Shown here: positions 49,599 to 57,271 of the stretch, piece by piece | Layout of the letters: every line of letters begins with the position of its first letter | How positions within the stretch are numbered: the stretch's first letter is position 1 | Source of the DNA: Candidatus Latescibacterota bacterium | GTDB taxonomy: Bacteria; Latescibacterota; UBA2968 | Reading direction: 5' to 3' | Assembly (NCBI GenBank): GCA_965116885.1 | Contig: OZ220741.1 | Coordinates: 1,536,001-1,600,000, forward strand | DNA: 64,000 nt | Notes under the pieces: generated by a model | Seen by the model: only the letters and a program-made list of their open reading frames with translations | Told to the model about the DNA's origin: nothing | Databases searched by the model: none | Made by a program: the position numbers and the translations under genes

Positions 49599-50305
49599 AG
49601 GGTGATTTTGGTTTCGTAGAGGGTTTGCAATTCGGATTCACCGATGTCTTTTGTCGATGCTTCGTGTACTAATTGGCCTTGGAAGAGGATGCCAAAGCGG
49701 TCTGCGAGTGCGAGACCCCGCGCGAGGTCGTGTGTGACCAGGAAGATGGTGCGTCCTTCTGCTTTGAGGGTGGTGATCATGTTGGATAATACCGACTGAG
49801 CCGATGTGTCGAGGCCAGTGAAGGGTTCGTCGAGCAAGAGGGTCGATGGGTGGTGCAAGATGGCCCGGGCTATGGCCAGTCTCTGCTTCATGCCCCGGGA
49901 AAATTTGTGTATCCGATCGCGCTGGCGATCTTTCAGGCCAACGGCGAGGAGGACTTCTTCAATGCGGGTATTGAGATTTTGAAGGCCGTACATGCGTCCG
50001 TAAAATGAGAGGTTTTCTCGCGCTGTGAGGTCGTCGTAGAGCATGGTTTGATGCGAGATGAAGCCGATGTTTTTGCGTATTTCATGCGGATTGCGCCGGA
50101 TGTTTATACCGCTGACCCAGATGTCGCCCGATGATGGTTTTGATAGTGTGGCGATGAGGCGCAACAGGGTTGTTTTGCCCGCTCCGTTTGGGCCAAAGAG
50201 TGCAAAAACACATCCCGTTGATACGGTGAGGTTTATGTCTTGCAGGGCCGTGATATGACCAAAACGGCGGGTTGTGTTCTGTATGTCAATGGCCGATGTG
50301 TTCAT
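49595..50305 (-). CDS. ccmA: Heme ABC exporter ATP-binding protein CcmA
   Basis: GPNGAGKTT, LTARENL, FSRGMKQR, LLDEPFTGLD; operon context. Confidence 0.88.
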   Translation of the reverse strand: MNTSAIDIQNTTRRFGHITALQDINLTVSTGCVFALFGPNGAGKTTLLRLIATLSKPSSGDIWVSGINIRRNPHEIRKNIGFISHQTMLYDDLTARENLSFYGRMYGLQNLNTRIEEVLLAVGLKDRQRDRIHKFSRGMKQRLAIARAILHHPSTLLLDEPFTGLDTSAQSVLSNMITTLKAEGRTIFLVTHDLARGLALADRFGILFQGQLVHEASTKDIGESELQTLYETKITL

Positions 50306-51336
50306 TAGTTGCTATCTGATAGATCAATGACTTCGGCTTTGAGGGCATTGCGCCTGTTTTTGTAATCGTCTTCTGAGAGGTTGCCGCTTTCATATCGCTC
50401 GTCGAGGTCGGCGATTTGTTCGAGCAGTATTGTGCGCCGGTTGGGCGTTGTTTTGAGCGAGCGCATGTAGATGACGAGGATTGCGACGACGACCACACTG
50501 GCAGCAGCGATCCATATTGGGGTTTGTAAATTGGATGCGGTCTCGGCTGATGAGAGTTTGATGTCAATTTGTGTGCCGGGCGCGAGTTGTTCGGCGCCAA
50601 AGCGCTGAAAGACATGATCGCCCAGGGTTATGCCGCCGAGGTCTCGAAGTACTGTTGTGGAGATGGGGGTATCGGCTGGCTGGACGAACAAGTCCATGCC
50701 CGCGGTGGGATAGGTGATGCGTTGTGCGATGCGGTTGGACGGGGGTATGGCAAATGTGAAGAAGGTCTGGCTATTTCCCGGGATGATGGGGCGCGGGTCA
50801 ACGAGCAATGTGCCGTGCAGGTGTACGCCTTGCGGTGCGCGGATAAAGTCGGTTACGCCGTCGGGCAGGGGTATTTCCAGGCCGTGACCGTGGTCGCCGC
50901 CCGTGAGGTAGGTGCGGTCGCCGTGGTTGTGTACGATGAAGATGTATGTGACTGTGCCAGCCTGGGCGTCGAGGAGGATGTGGTGTGAGGATAGGGATAT
51001 GGCGGTGTCGGATTCCGTGGTTTCAAATACGGGGATGTCAACGGTGTCGCCCGCAGGTGCCGGGTTGCCGGGATAGTCAATGCCGTTGTATCGGGCGAAT
51101 AGCATGGGCGGTGGTTCGGCGCCCGGGTCTGAGGGAACGTCGAGGATGAATTGGCCTTTGCTGTCGGTGGTGTCGCGCATTACGGTGACGTCTCCAGTCT
51201 CATGGAGGATGTACGAGACTTCGACATCGGGTTCGGGACGGTTGAGGGTCTGGTTGATGACGCGACCCGTAAGCGCGAAGGTAGGGGTGGAGATAAGAAG
51301 TGTGAGGAATGCGATGAGGGATATAAATAGTTGCAT
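50305..51336 (-). CDS. Exported, C-terminally anchored protein associated with the ccm operon (carboxypeptidase-regulatory-like domain)
   Basis: Signal peptide, TTDSKGQF, C-terminal TM, then LLEQIADLDERYESG..SEDDY. Confidence 0.7.
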   Translation of the reverse strand: MQLFISLIAFLTLLISTPTFALTGRVINQTLNRPEPDVEVSYILHETGDVTVMRDTTDSKGQFILDVPSDPGAEPPPMLFARYNGIDYPGNPAPAGDTVDIPVFETTESDTAISLSSHHILLDAQAGTVTYIFIVHNHGDRTYLTGGDHGHGLEIPLPDGVTDFIRAPQGVHLHGTLLVDPRPIIPGNSQTFFTFAIPPSNRIAQRITYPTAGMDLFVQPADTPISTTVLRDLGGITLGDHVFQRFGAEQLAPGTQIDIKLSSAETASNLQTPIWIAAASVVVVAILVIYMRSLKTTPNRRTILLEQIADLDERYESGNLSEDDYKNRRNALKAEVIDLSDSN

Positions 51337-51355
51337 TTTGTTCTCGCGTTTCAAG

Positions 51356-51613
51356 TCACGCATCTAACATGCGCTGAAATGCCTCGAGATTGGGCACCTG
51401 TATCGCCGCACGGAGCAACTGCTTGAGGCGTTGCAAATCGTCTATGGCGGCAATGCGGTCAGATATGGGATGCGCTTCGCTCAGGTCAAATCGAATCTCC
51501 AACACTTCGAGGATAGCTTCGATCGTGCTTTTTCTTTCCCCTTGCTCAATACCTTCCTCTCTGCCCTCTCGCTTAAAGTATTGAATAAGGGATGATTCGC
51601 GGATCAGATCCAT
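51356..51613 (-). CDS. Putative internally initiated small Rpn protein (RpnS-like antitoxin, 85 aa)
   Basis: AAGGAGG-GTCTC-ATG in frame inside the rpn gene, giving MDLIRESSLIQY...RMLDA. Confidence 0.7.
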   Translation of the reverse strand: MDLIRESSLIQYFKREGREEGIEQGERKSTIEAILEVLEIRFDLSEAHPISDRIAAIDDLQRLKQLLRAAIQVPNLEAFQRMLDA

Positions 51614-52252
51614 GAGACCCTCCTTCATAATGATTTCAGAAACAGTTTCAGGCGCGTAAACCAACTCGCTTAAGGTCGCCATGCATGCCAGATAATTGGC
51701 CTTGCGCGTCCGTTCTATGCGGCTCGTCTGAGCCGTGTGAATACACCGATTTAACCACGCTTCTGAGGCCATCCCCTCAGGTGGTTTCATCAATGGCGTG
51801 AAAGGAATCAGACCCGAATGCCCCGTATTTAGGATGCGTTGGCCTTCTATTTCGATCAGCCGAATCACATTGTACTGAATCACCACGCGATAGCCAAGCT
51901 GGGCTTGCTCGTAGAATCCAGGATCGCGCCGACCCGCATTGGGACGCAGGTAGATGACATTGGAATAGATCGGCAGACCGTGATGCTCAATGGCGCGTCC
52001 GATATAGCCAGCCATGCGGCGCGGCATAGGCGGATTGGTGCTGTCGGTGGTTTGAAACTCGTTATGTACCAACGCCTCTTCGTCGCCGATTCTCACGCGG
52101 ATGAAGCTATCGGCCTGTCGGGCTTCAACCGTGAGTTGCTCCGTGTCAATGACTTCAATTACCTCGATGTCGTCTCGTGCGAGGGCAAAATGTGCGAAGT
52201 GGTCGGGATAGTGTTGAATGAGGTATTTGGAGATGGTGTCAATATCTGCCAT
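51356..52252 (-). CDS. Rpn-family (PD-(D/E)XK) recombination-promoting nuclease-like protein
   Basis: D..SK.L, RQADS, HNEFQT, MPRRMAGY, VIYL; C-terminal EGREEGIEQG and LEIRF (DUF4351-like). Confidence 0.85.
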   Translation of the reverse strand: MADIDTISKYLIQHYPDHFAHFALARDDIEVIEVIDTEQLTVEARQADSFIRVRIGDEEALVHNEFQTTDSTNPPMPRRMAGYIGRAIEHHGLPIYSNVIYLRPNAGRRDPGFYEQAQLGYRVVIQYNVIRLIEIEGQRILNTGHSGLIPFTPLMKPPEGMASEAWLNRCIHTAQTSRIERTRKANYLACMATLSELVYAPETVSEIIMKEGLMDLIRESSLIQYFKREGREEGIEQGERKSTIEAILEVLEIRFDLSEAHPISDRIAAIDDLQRLKQLLRAAIQVPNLEAFQRMLDA

Positions 52253-52555
52253 AAGAGATGCCCCGGATCTGAAGGTTAGCGTCTTTTTGGAATACACGCA
52301 ACTGTCAGAATCCAAAGCAAATATCAGGCCAATGTCACAGCATCGCACGACAAATGGTATGGACAGTACTTAAATACCCTTATTTATGTCTTCAATATGC
52401 TGTATTGTGCCCTTTTTTACAACCTGAATTTGTGGATTGCCTGTTTGGTGCAGAACAATATCGTGTACATTTTGAGCGATGAATGGGCGGTTATGTGAAA
52501 GATATGTGTCGCTTGACCAGGTGGCCGCGGTGGTTCTTGCGTAATCCATAACTTC

Positions 52556-52604
52556 TGGCAAATAACAAAGGCTACGTCTTTGGAGGCGTAGCCTTTTCTT
52601 ATTC
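52556..52604. repeat. 49-bp direct repeat copy 1, containing a bidirectional terminator-like hairpin
   Basis: TGGCAAATAACAAAGGCTACG...CGTAGCCTTTTCTTATTC; 45/49 identical to 54042-54090. Confidence 0.9.
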
Positions 52605-52654
52605 TCTGCTTCTGCACTATCCTATATTGTCTCCTAAATCAAAACACCCGACAG

Positions 52655-52876
52655 CTACCTCCGATCATCTCCTTTCTCCGTGTTTTCACTGCTGCCATTT
52701 TCACCACCACTCGGTTCGGAACCGTGTTGAGGATCTTGTGACGGGGACGGCATTGGTGGTGGAGATGGTATCGGAGCCACATTTATGGGGCGAGGCGGAC
52801 GTGATAACGGCCTATGATGTTCATCATTATGTTGCTGTACGGCTCTAACAACTCTGGTTTTGTTATTCTGCTCCAT
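52655..52876 (-). CDS. Small Pro-rich, disordered hypothetical protein
   Basis: CAGGAGAG SD before ATG; 73 aa; followed by a terminator-like repeat. Confidence 0.45.
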   Translation of the reverse strand: MEQNNKTRVVRAVQQHNDEHHRPLSRPPRPINVAPIPSPPPMPSPSQDPQHGSEPSGGENGSSENTEKGDDRR

Positions 52877-52967
52877 ATTGTCTCTCCTGTGATGATCCCA
52901 TTCTTTTGTTACGCGGTGCCCCTAAACCCTTTGAAACAACATTGATTTGTGCATCATTTGTGCATAT

Positions 52968-53027
52968 ATTCGTCCCGCAACGCGTCGGGAAAGGAGAATA
53001 TATGAGCAAAAAAGAACATCATTTTGA
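52968..53027 (+). pseudogene. C-terminal remnant of a BrnT-like toxin
   Basis: Frame reads IRPATRRERRIYEQ, like BrnT C-termini (SAR.A...E...Y), overlapping the BrnA start; no start codon or N-terminal part. Confidence 0.55.
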
Positions 53028-53262
53028 GACCGCCCAACAAGGCCCTGTCGTTCAGCCACCACCCGGCAAGACGCGCATCACTATTCGCCTTGACACAGAC
53101 ATTCTGAATTGGTTTAAGAAACAGGTTCATGAAGCAGGGGGCGGAAATTATCAGACGCTTGTGAATCAGGCGCTCAGAGAACACATTCAGGCTAACAATG
53201 GCGCATTGGAACAAACACTACGCAAAGTCATTCGTGAAGAACTCGGTTCACACGCAGTCTAA
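53002..53262 (+). CDS. BrnA-family antitoxin
   Basis: KTRITIRLDTDILNWFK, GGNYQTLVNQALR; AAAGGAG SD. Confidence 0.9.
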   Translation: MSKKEHHFETAQQGPVVQPPPGKTRITIRLDTDILNWFKKQVHEAGGGNYQTLVNQALREHIQANNGALEQTLRKVIREELGSHAV

Positions 53263-53359
53263 CAAATTTGCATCCCAAAAACATTTGACAATGTATAAAA
53301 TCTCGGGCTTGCCAATGGGGTGTACGTAATTCTAAAAATGAACCAAAACGAGGCCCAGT

Positions 53360-53665
53360 ATGTCATCTACAAAACGGGATTTCGAGGGTGTCCGGAAACA
53401 TCCCCATATCATCACAAATAATCAGATTTTGGGCGGAGAGCCAATTATCAAAAATACGCGCACACCTGTTCGGGCGATTATTGAAGTCTGGCGTTTGGGC
53501 ACACACCCCGAAAATATTCCAAACCACCTTCCACATTTGTCTTTGAGACAAGTTTTTGATGCCCTGAACTATTACAACGACCATCAAGAGGAAATAGAAA
53601 AATATATTGAAGAAAATCGCATTCCCAACAGATTGATCGATCCCCTGGCACACGCAACACAATGA
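53360..53665 (+). CDS. DUF433 protein (antitoxin-like)
   Basis: ILGGEPIIKNTRTPV, P.LS..QV.DAL.YY.DHQEEI. Confidence 0.9.
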   Translation: MSSTKRDFEGVRKHPHIITNNQILGGEPIIKNTRTPVRAIIEVWRLGTHPENIPNHLPHLSLRQVFDALNYYNDHQEEIEKYIEENRIPNRLIDPLAHATQ

Positions 53666-54006
53666 GTTTATTTATTGAATTATATCTCGATGAAGATGTC
53701 GATATCCTGATAGCAGATTTACTCAAAGCTCATGACTTTTCTGCACTTACAACGAGAGATGCAGACCAGCTTCAGAATCGCGATGCAGATCAATTGGCTT
53801 ATGCAACCAGACAACAGAGGGCATTTCTTACTCATAATCGCGTTCACTCCGAGATTCTTGCCAGGTCATATTTTGAAAAAAATAAAACACATTGGGGGAT
53901 AATTATTGCGGTTCGTCGTTCACCTTACGAAATTGTGCAACGACTTTTGGGTATCTTAAATCGCGTTACAGCAGAGGAAATGATAAATCAGATCCGATAT
54001 ATCTGA
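53662..54006 (+). CDS. DUF5615 PIN-like toxin
   Basis: LYLDEDV, D..QL.YA, LTHN, H.GII; ATGA overlap with DUF433. Confidence 0.88.
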   Translation: MSLFIELYLDEDVDILIADLLKAHDFSALTTRDADQLQNRDADQLAYATRQQRAFLTHNRVHSEILARSYFEKNKTHWGIIIAVRRSPYEIVQRLLGILNRVTAEEMINQIRYI

Positions 54007-54041
54007 TATATATCGGCCGTGATGCTCAATCGCCTGTCCGA

Positions 54042-54090
54042 TGGCAAACAACAAAGGCTACGTCTTTCAAAGCGTAGCCTTTTCTTATTC
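54042..54090. repeat. 49-bp direct repeat copy 2 (terminator-like hairpin)
   Basis: TGGCAAACAACAAAGGCTACG...CGTAGCCTTTTCTTATTC between convergent genes. Confidence 0.9.
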
Positions 54091-54104
54091 CCTATCTTGA
54101 AATC

Positions 54105-54740
54105 TTATGATCCAACATCATGTTCATCAGATTTATACCACGTAGGGCGATTACTCGCATCCCCTTCTGAAATCCATCGAAAGAGACCGTTATTCCATGT
54201 TTGTATCTCTTGGACTTGCGGATTCCAACACCACATAATTTCACCAAAATTGCGATCTCGGTTGTATTTATACAAAAAGTCTATGACATCTTCCTTGTCT
54301 CCAACAACGAGAAACCTACGAAGGCGATAGGGTCTATCACGATCTCCTTTGCAACCGCCTATATAGGCATTATTCCCACTAAGAAGTTGTTGAGCACGAA
54401 GATCGGTTTCGGTCATGGGTTCTCCGCCATCAGAAATATTCTCATCATCCGAAACAGATTTGTCTTGACTCGTATTTTCAAGACTTTCACCACAATAACG
54501 ACATTTAATCGCTTCAGCTTTAACAAGTTCAGCGCAGAAAGGACACTTTTTCATGTCACCTGTGTTAATGGCTCTCTTATCTACTTCAGTCTGATCTTCA
54601 GGAACAACCAAAGCTAAAACAATTCCGAGAGGTCCACATAGAGAGACAATAATGAACCAACCACAACCGCTTCGACCCTTATTTGAAGCTATAACAGCAC
54701 CGATTATCCCGCAAATAATCCATATAAAGAAAAATTCCAC
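54105..54740 (-). CDS. Membrane protein with zinc ribbon (UPF0547-like) and unknown C-terminal domain
   Basis: Two TM segments around ASNKGRS, then KKCPFCAELVKAEAIKCRYCG. Confidence 0.8.
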   Translation of the reverse strand: MEFFFIWIICGIIGAVIASNKGRSGCGWFIIVSLCGPLGIVLALVVPEDQTEVDKRAINTGDMKKCPFCAELVKAEAIKCRYCGESLENTSQDKSVSDDENISDGGEPMTETDLRAQQLLSGNNAYIGGCKGDRDRPYRLRRFLVVGDKEDVIDFLYKYNRDRNFGEIMWCWNPQVQEIQTWNNGLFRWISEGDASNRPTWYKSDEHDVGS

Positions 54741-54874
54741 ATAAAACCTCTAAAGCTATTTGTCCTTAAATGACCTCAACCAAAAAAGAACGCCGCGATT
54801 TCGCAGTTGAAAATTTGTCGTTCCAACTGCTCAACGTATGCTTTTATCCGCCGTCCCTTGTATCTCCTGATTTT

Positions 54875-56383
54875 TCAAATTTTGATTAGTTTATCGCGCC
54901 ATTTGGAATTCTCATAGTTTTTCAGACATTTGGTAATCAATGCTGCTTCTGGATAATTGCTGAGTATTTCGAGGGGTTTTTCTATATCCTCTTGATAAAA
55001 AGATTCTTTAGGTTCTGAGTCTTTTAATTTTTCATGTAAAAATTTTATCAGTTCGTCTTTCTCTTTATGTTTTGACAGAATGCACATTATCTTATTAAGT
55101 CGCCTAATTTTGAGACGGAACTTGTAATCGTCATCCAAAAAACACTCCAATAAAGCACCTCTCAACATGTCGTCAGGCCAAGCGTTAGGTTCTCCAATCC
55201 ACTGATCAAGAAAATCTACAGCGTCGCGTGCGTAGAGTGAGTCTGAGTTTCCCTCAGCGGTTTGCAAAATATTACGACCAAGTTTTCCGGCTTGATCAGC
55301 GTCCAAGTTTCCTAAGTTTTTCTCTCCATTTTGCATTATTAGTTGCATTGCTGAATTTTGGGTGTAAAAATGAAGAGACTCCAGAGCTTTTATAATCCGA
55401 TCGAAGCAGGTAGATGTTTTCAAACCCGACGCTATCAACGTTTCCATTCCACTTTTCTCAATAGCCTCTTGAAATCTGTCTTTCTGTCTATCGTTAAGCA
55501 CATTATCGTCGTACAGATACTCCAAATCATTTAGACCAGATGGTCTAATATTTGAGTTATCTATTAGGTGCGAGACGATACTATCTTGAGCACGCTGCCC
55601 AATTTCTTTGAATAATCCCGGGTGTTTTGCAAGTATTAAGCACAAAATTTGCGGATATTGTATAACGAGATTATGCCACTTATCAGCACTGTAAATGCTA
55701 CAACCTACAAGTTCTAAAAATTTGCGGAGAAACCAAGTCGCCCTGTCCGTAAATAATTTGAGACTCCAGTCGTCGGCGTCAGGCTCAACTTGTTTGATGT
55801 ACTGTTCTACAAGATAACCGTAAACATTTTTATCGAGCTTTGGTGTAATGTCTTCTGCCTGTTTGCTGACAGCGGGTTCGTAATTGTCGAGAAAGGTGGG
55901 GTTTTCCATCAGATTCTTGATCAACCAGGATACATAACCCTCTTTCAAAGTGGTAGGTTTGGATAGCACATTCTCGACTACTGTGCAGGCAGCATGTATG
56001 ACTTCTTCCACAGTGGGAGCTTCTTCATAAGGATGCCCGAAGATACAACGCATTTTATAGATATGTTCTAATTTTTCGTACGCGACATCAGATACGAAGC
56101 CATATTTTTCAGCTTCAGAGAGAATCATTTTATCGATACTCTGATGATTTTCTTCTTTATTTTTCAATTTACCAACAATTTTTCCAGCATTGTGGTCTCT
56201 GGTAGCAGCTTCTTGAAATTTACGTTTTAGAGATTCCAAACACGAAAGCCATAATAGAATGTAGGCTCCTCTTAATGCTCCAACTTGTGCAGATTTAACG
56301 GCCTCGTCAAAGAGCGGTTTATCTTCATCCTCAAGTACTCTGTTTTGATATTCAGATAAATCTGTCCCGTTCTCGTTATGCAT
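54875..56383 (-). CDS. AT-rich hypothetical protein with N-terminal HEPN-like domain
   Basis: FDEAVK...ALRGAYILLW helix, then R-x4-H motif RCIFGH(P); helical C-terminus; GAGGAG SD. Confidence 0.65.
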   Translation of the reverse strand: MHNENGTDLSEYQNRVLEDEDKPLFDEAVKSAQVGALRGAYILLWLSCLESLKRKFQEAATRDHNAGKIVGKLKNKEENHQSIDKMILSEAEKYGFVSDVAYEKLEHIYKMRCIFGHPYEEAPTVEEVIHAACTVVENVLSKPTTLKEGYVSWLIKNLMENPTFLDNYEPAVSKQAEDITPKLDKNVYGYLVEQYIKQVEPDADDWSLKLFTDRATWFLRKFLELVGCSIYSADKWHNLVIQYPQILCLILAKHPGLFKEIGQRAQDSIVSHLIDNSNIRPSGLNDLEYLYDDNVLNDRQKDRFQEAIEKSGMETLIASGLKTSTCFDRIIKALESLHFYTQNSAMQLIMQNGEKNLGNLDADQAGKLGRNILQTAEGNSDSLYARDAVDFLDQWIGEPNAWPDDMLRGALLECFLDDDYKFRLKIRRLNKIMCILSKHKEKDELIKFLHEKLKDSEPKESFYQEDIEKPLEILSNYPEAALITKCLKNYENSKWRDKLIKI

Positions 56384-56401
56384 TTAGCTCCTCTGCCTTT
56401 C

Positions 56402-56428
56402 ATCTGCGTCTATCTGCGTCATCTGCGG
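56402..56428 (-). repeat. Short degenerate tandem repeat (CGCAGAT x3)
   Basis: Minus strand CCGCAGATGACGCAGATAGACGCAGAT at the island boundary. Confidence 0.7.
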
Positions 56429-56438
56429 ATAGTGTTCA

Positions 56439-56813
56439 TCAGCGTTTTTTTCTGGTGCGGCGAATGGCGGCGATTTCTTTTTCTATCTGGTCGGAGATCC
56501 CTTGCGGTTTGGGGGCGGGACGGTCTGTGCGTTCAGCGGCTTTGTCGAGGGATTTGATGAGTTCTACTGCCTGTGCGGTATAGCGGGCGCGGGTTTGTCG
56601 GTAGTCGTCTTCTTCGACTTTTCCCATGCGATGGTCAAAGTCGAGTTCGCGGATGGCTTCATAGACCATGTCGCGCTGTTCGATCAGTTCGCGGCGGCGC
56701 GCTTCTCTGCGGGAGATCTGGTTGATGGTGTTGGCGTCGCGGGGGTCAAATAGGGGTGTGAATACAAAGAGCAAGATGCCCGCTGCGATGAGGATAAAAG
56801 CGGCAATGGTCAT
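56439..56813 (-). CDS. CcmI-like N-terminal/ccm-associated membrane protein
   Basis: N-terminal TM, AIRELDFDHRMGKVEEDDY; directly after ccmH. Confidence 0.7.
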   Translation of the reverse strand: MTIAAFILIAAGILLFVFTPLFDPRDANTINQISRREARRRELIEQRDMVYEAIRELDFDHRMGKVEEDDYRQTRARYTAQAVELIKSLDKAAERTDRPAPKPQGISDQIEKEIAAIRRTRKKR

Positions 56814-57271
56814 TACTCGCGCTCCTTGAGGTCGCTTTCGAGGCGGTCGAGGTACGGGTCATCGCGCGCGGGTTGTGCTGCTGGTGTGGCGGGACTTTTT
56901 GTTTTTGACCAGGCGCGGAGTACGCTGCGTACGGCGAAGAATCCGATGAGAAGAACGAGAGGCGGCATAAGCCAGGCTGTGAGGTTGAAGCCTTTGGCTG
57001 GCGGTTTGGAGAGGATTTCCAGGCCAAATTCACTGATATAAGCATCGACAATGGCCTGCGGCGTTTGACCGTCGGCCAGCATTTTTTTGATGCGTTCGTG
57101 CTGTTGCTGTGCATATCCGCAGATGCATTCGTCCAGTGGTCTGCGCGGGCAGTCGCCGCACAGGCAGGCGAGTTCTTTGCCGACTTCTTTGATCTGCTCC
57201 CGGGTCACTTCGGCACGGGCGGGGATTGCGAAGAGGAGAAAAAATATTGGGATCAGGAGTGTGGGCTTCAT
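56813..57271 (-). CDS. ccmH: Cytochrome c biogenesis protein CcmH/NrfF-like
   Basis: Signal peptide, LACLCGDC...ECIC, FG.EIL..PP..GFN..AW..P; ATGA overlap with ccmF. Confidence 0.8.
   Translation of the reverse strand: MKPTLLIPIFFLLFAIPARAEVTREQIKEVGKELACLCGDCPRRPLDECICGYAQQQHERIKKMLADGQTPQAIVDAYISEFGLEILSKPPAKGFNLTAWLMPPLVLLIGFFAVRSVLRAWSKTKSPATPAAQPARDDPYLDRLESDLKERE

Noticed and set aside
52370..52617. Short minus-strand ORFs (63 and 66 aa) upstream of rpn
   Set aside because: They overlap a terminator-like repeat, lack a convincing SD/start and show no recognisable motifs; may be decayed sequence
53258..53360. GTCTAAC at the brnA stop as an integron attC inverse core site
   Set aside because: No complementary GTTAGAC/GTTRRRY or attC-like palindrome downstream, and no integron integrase in the window
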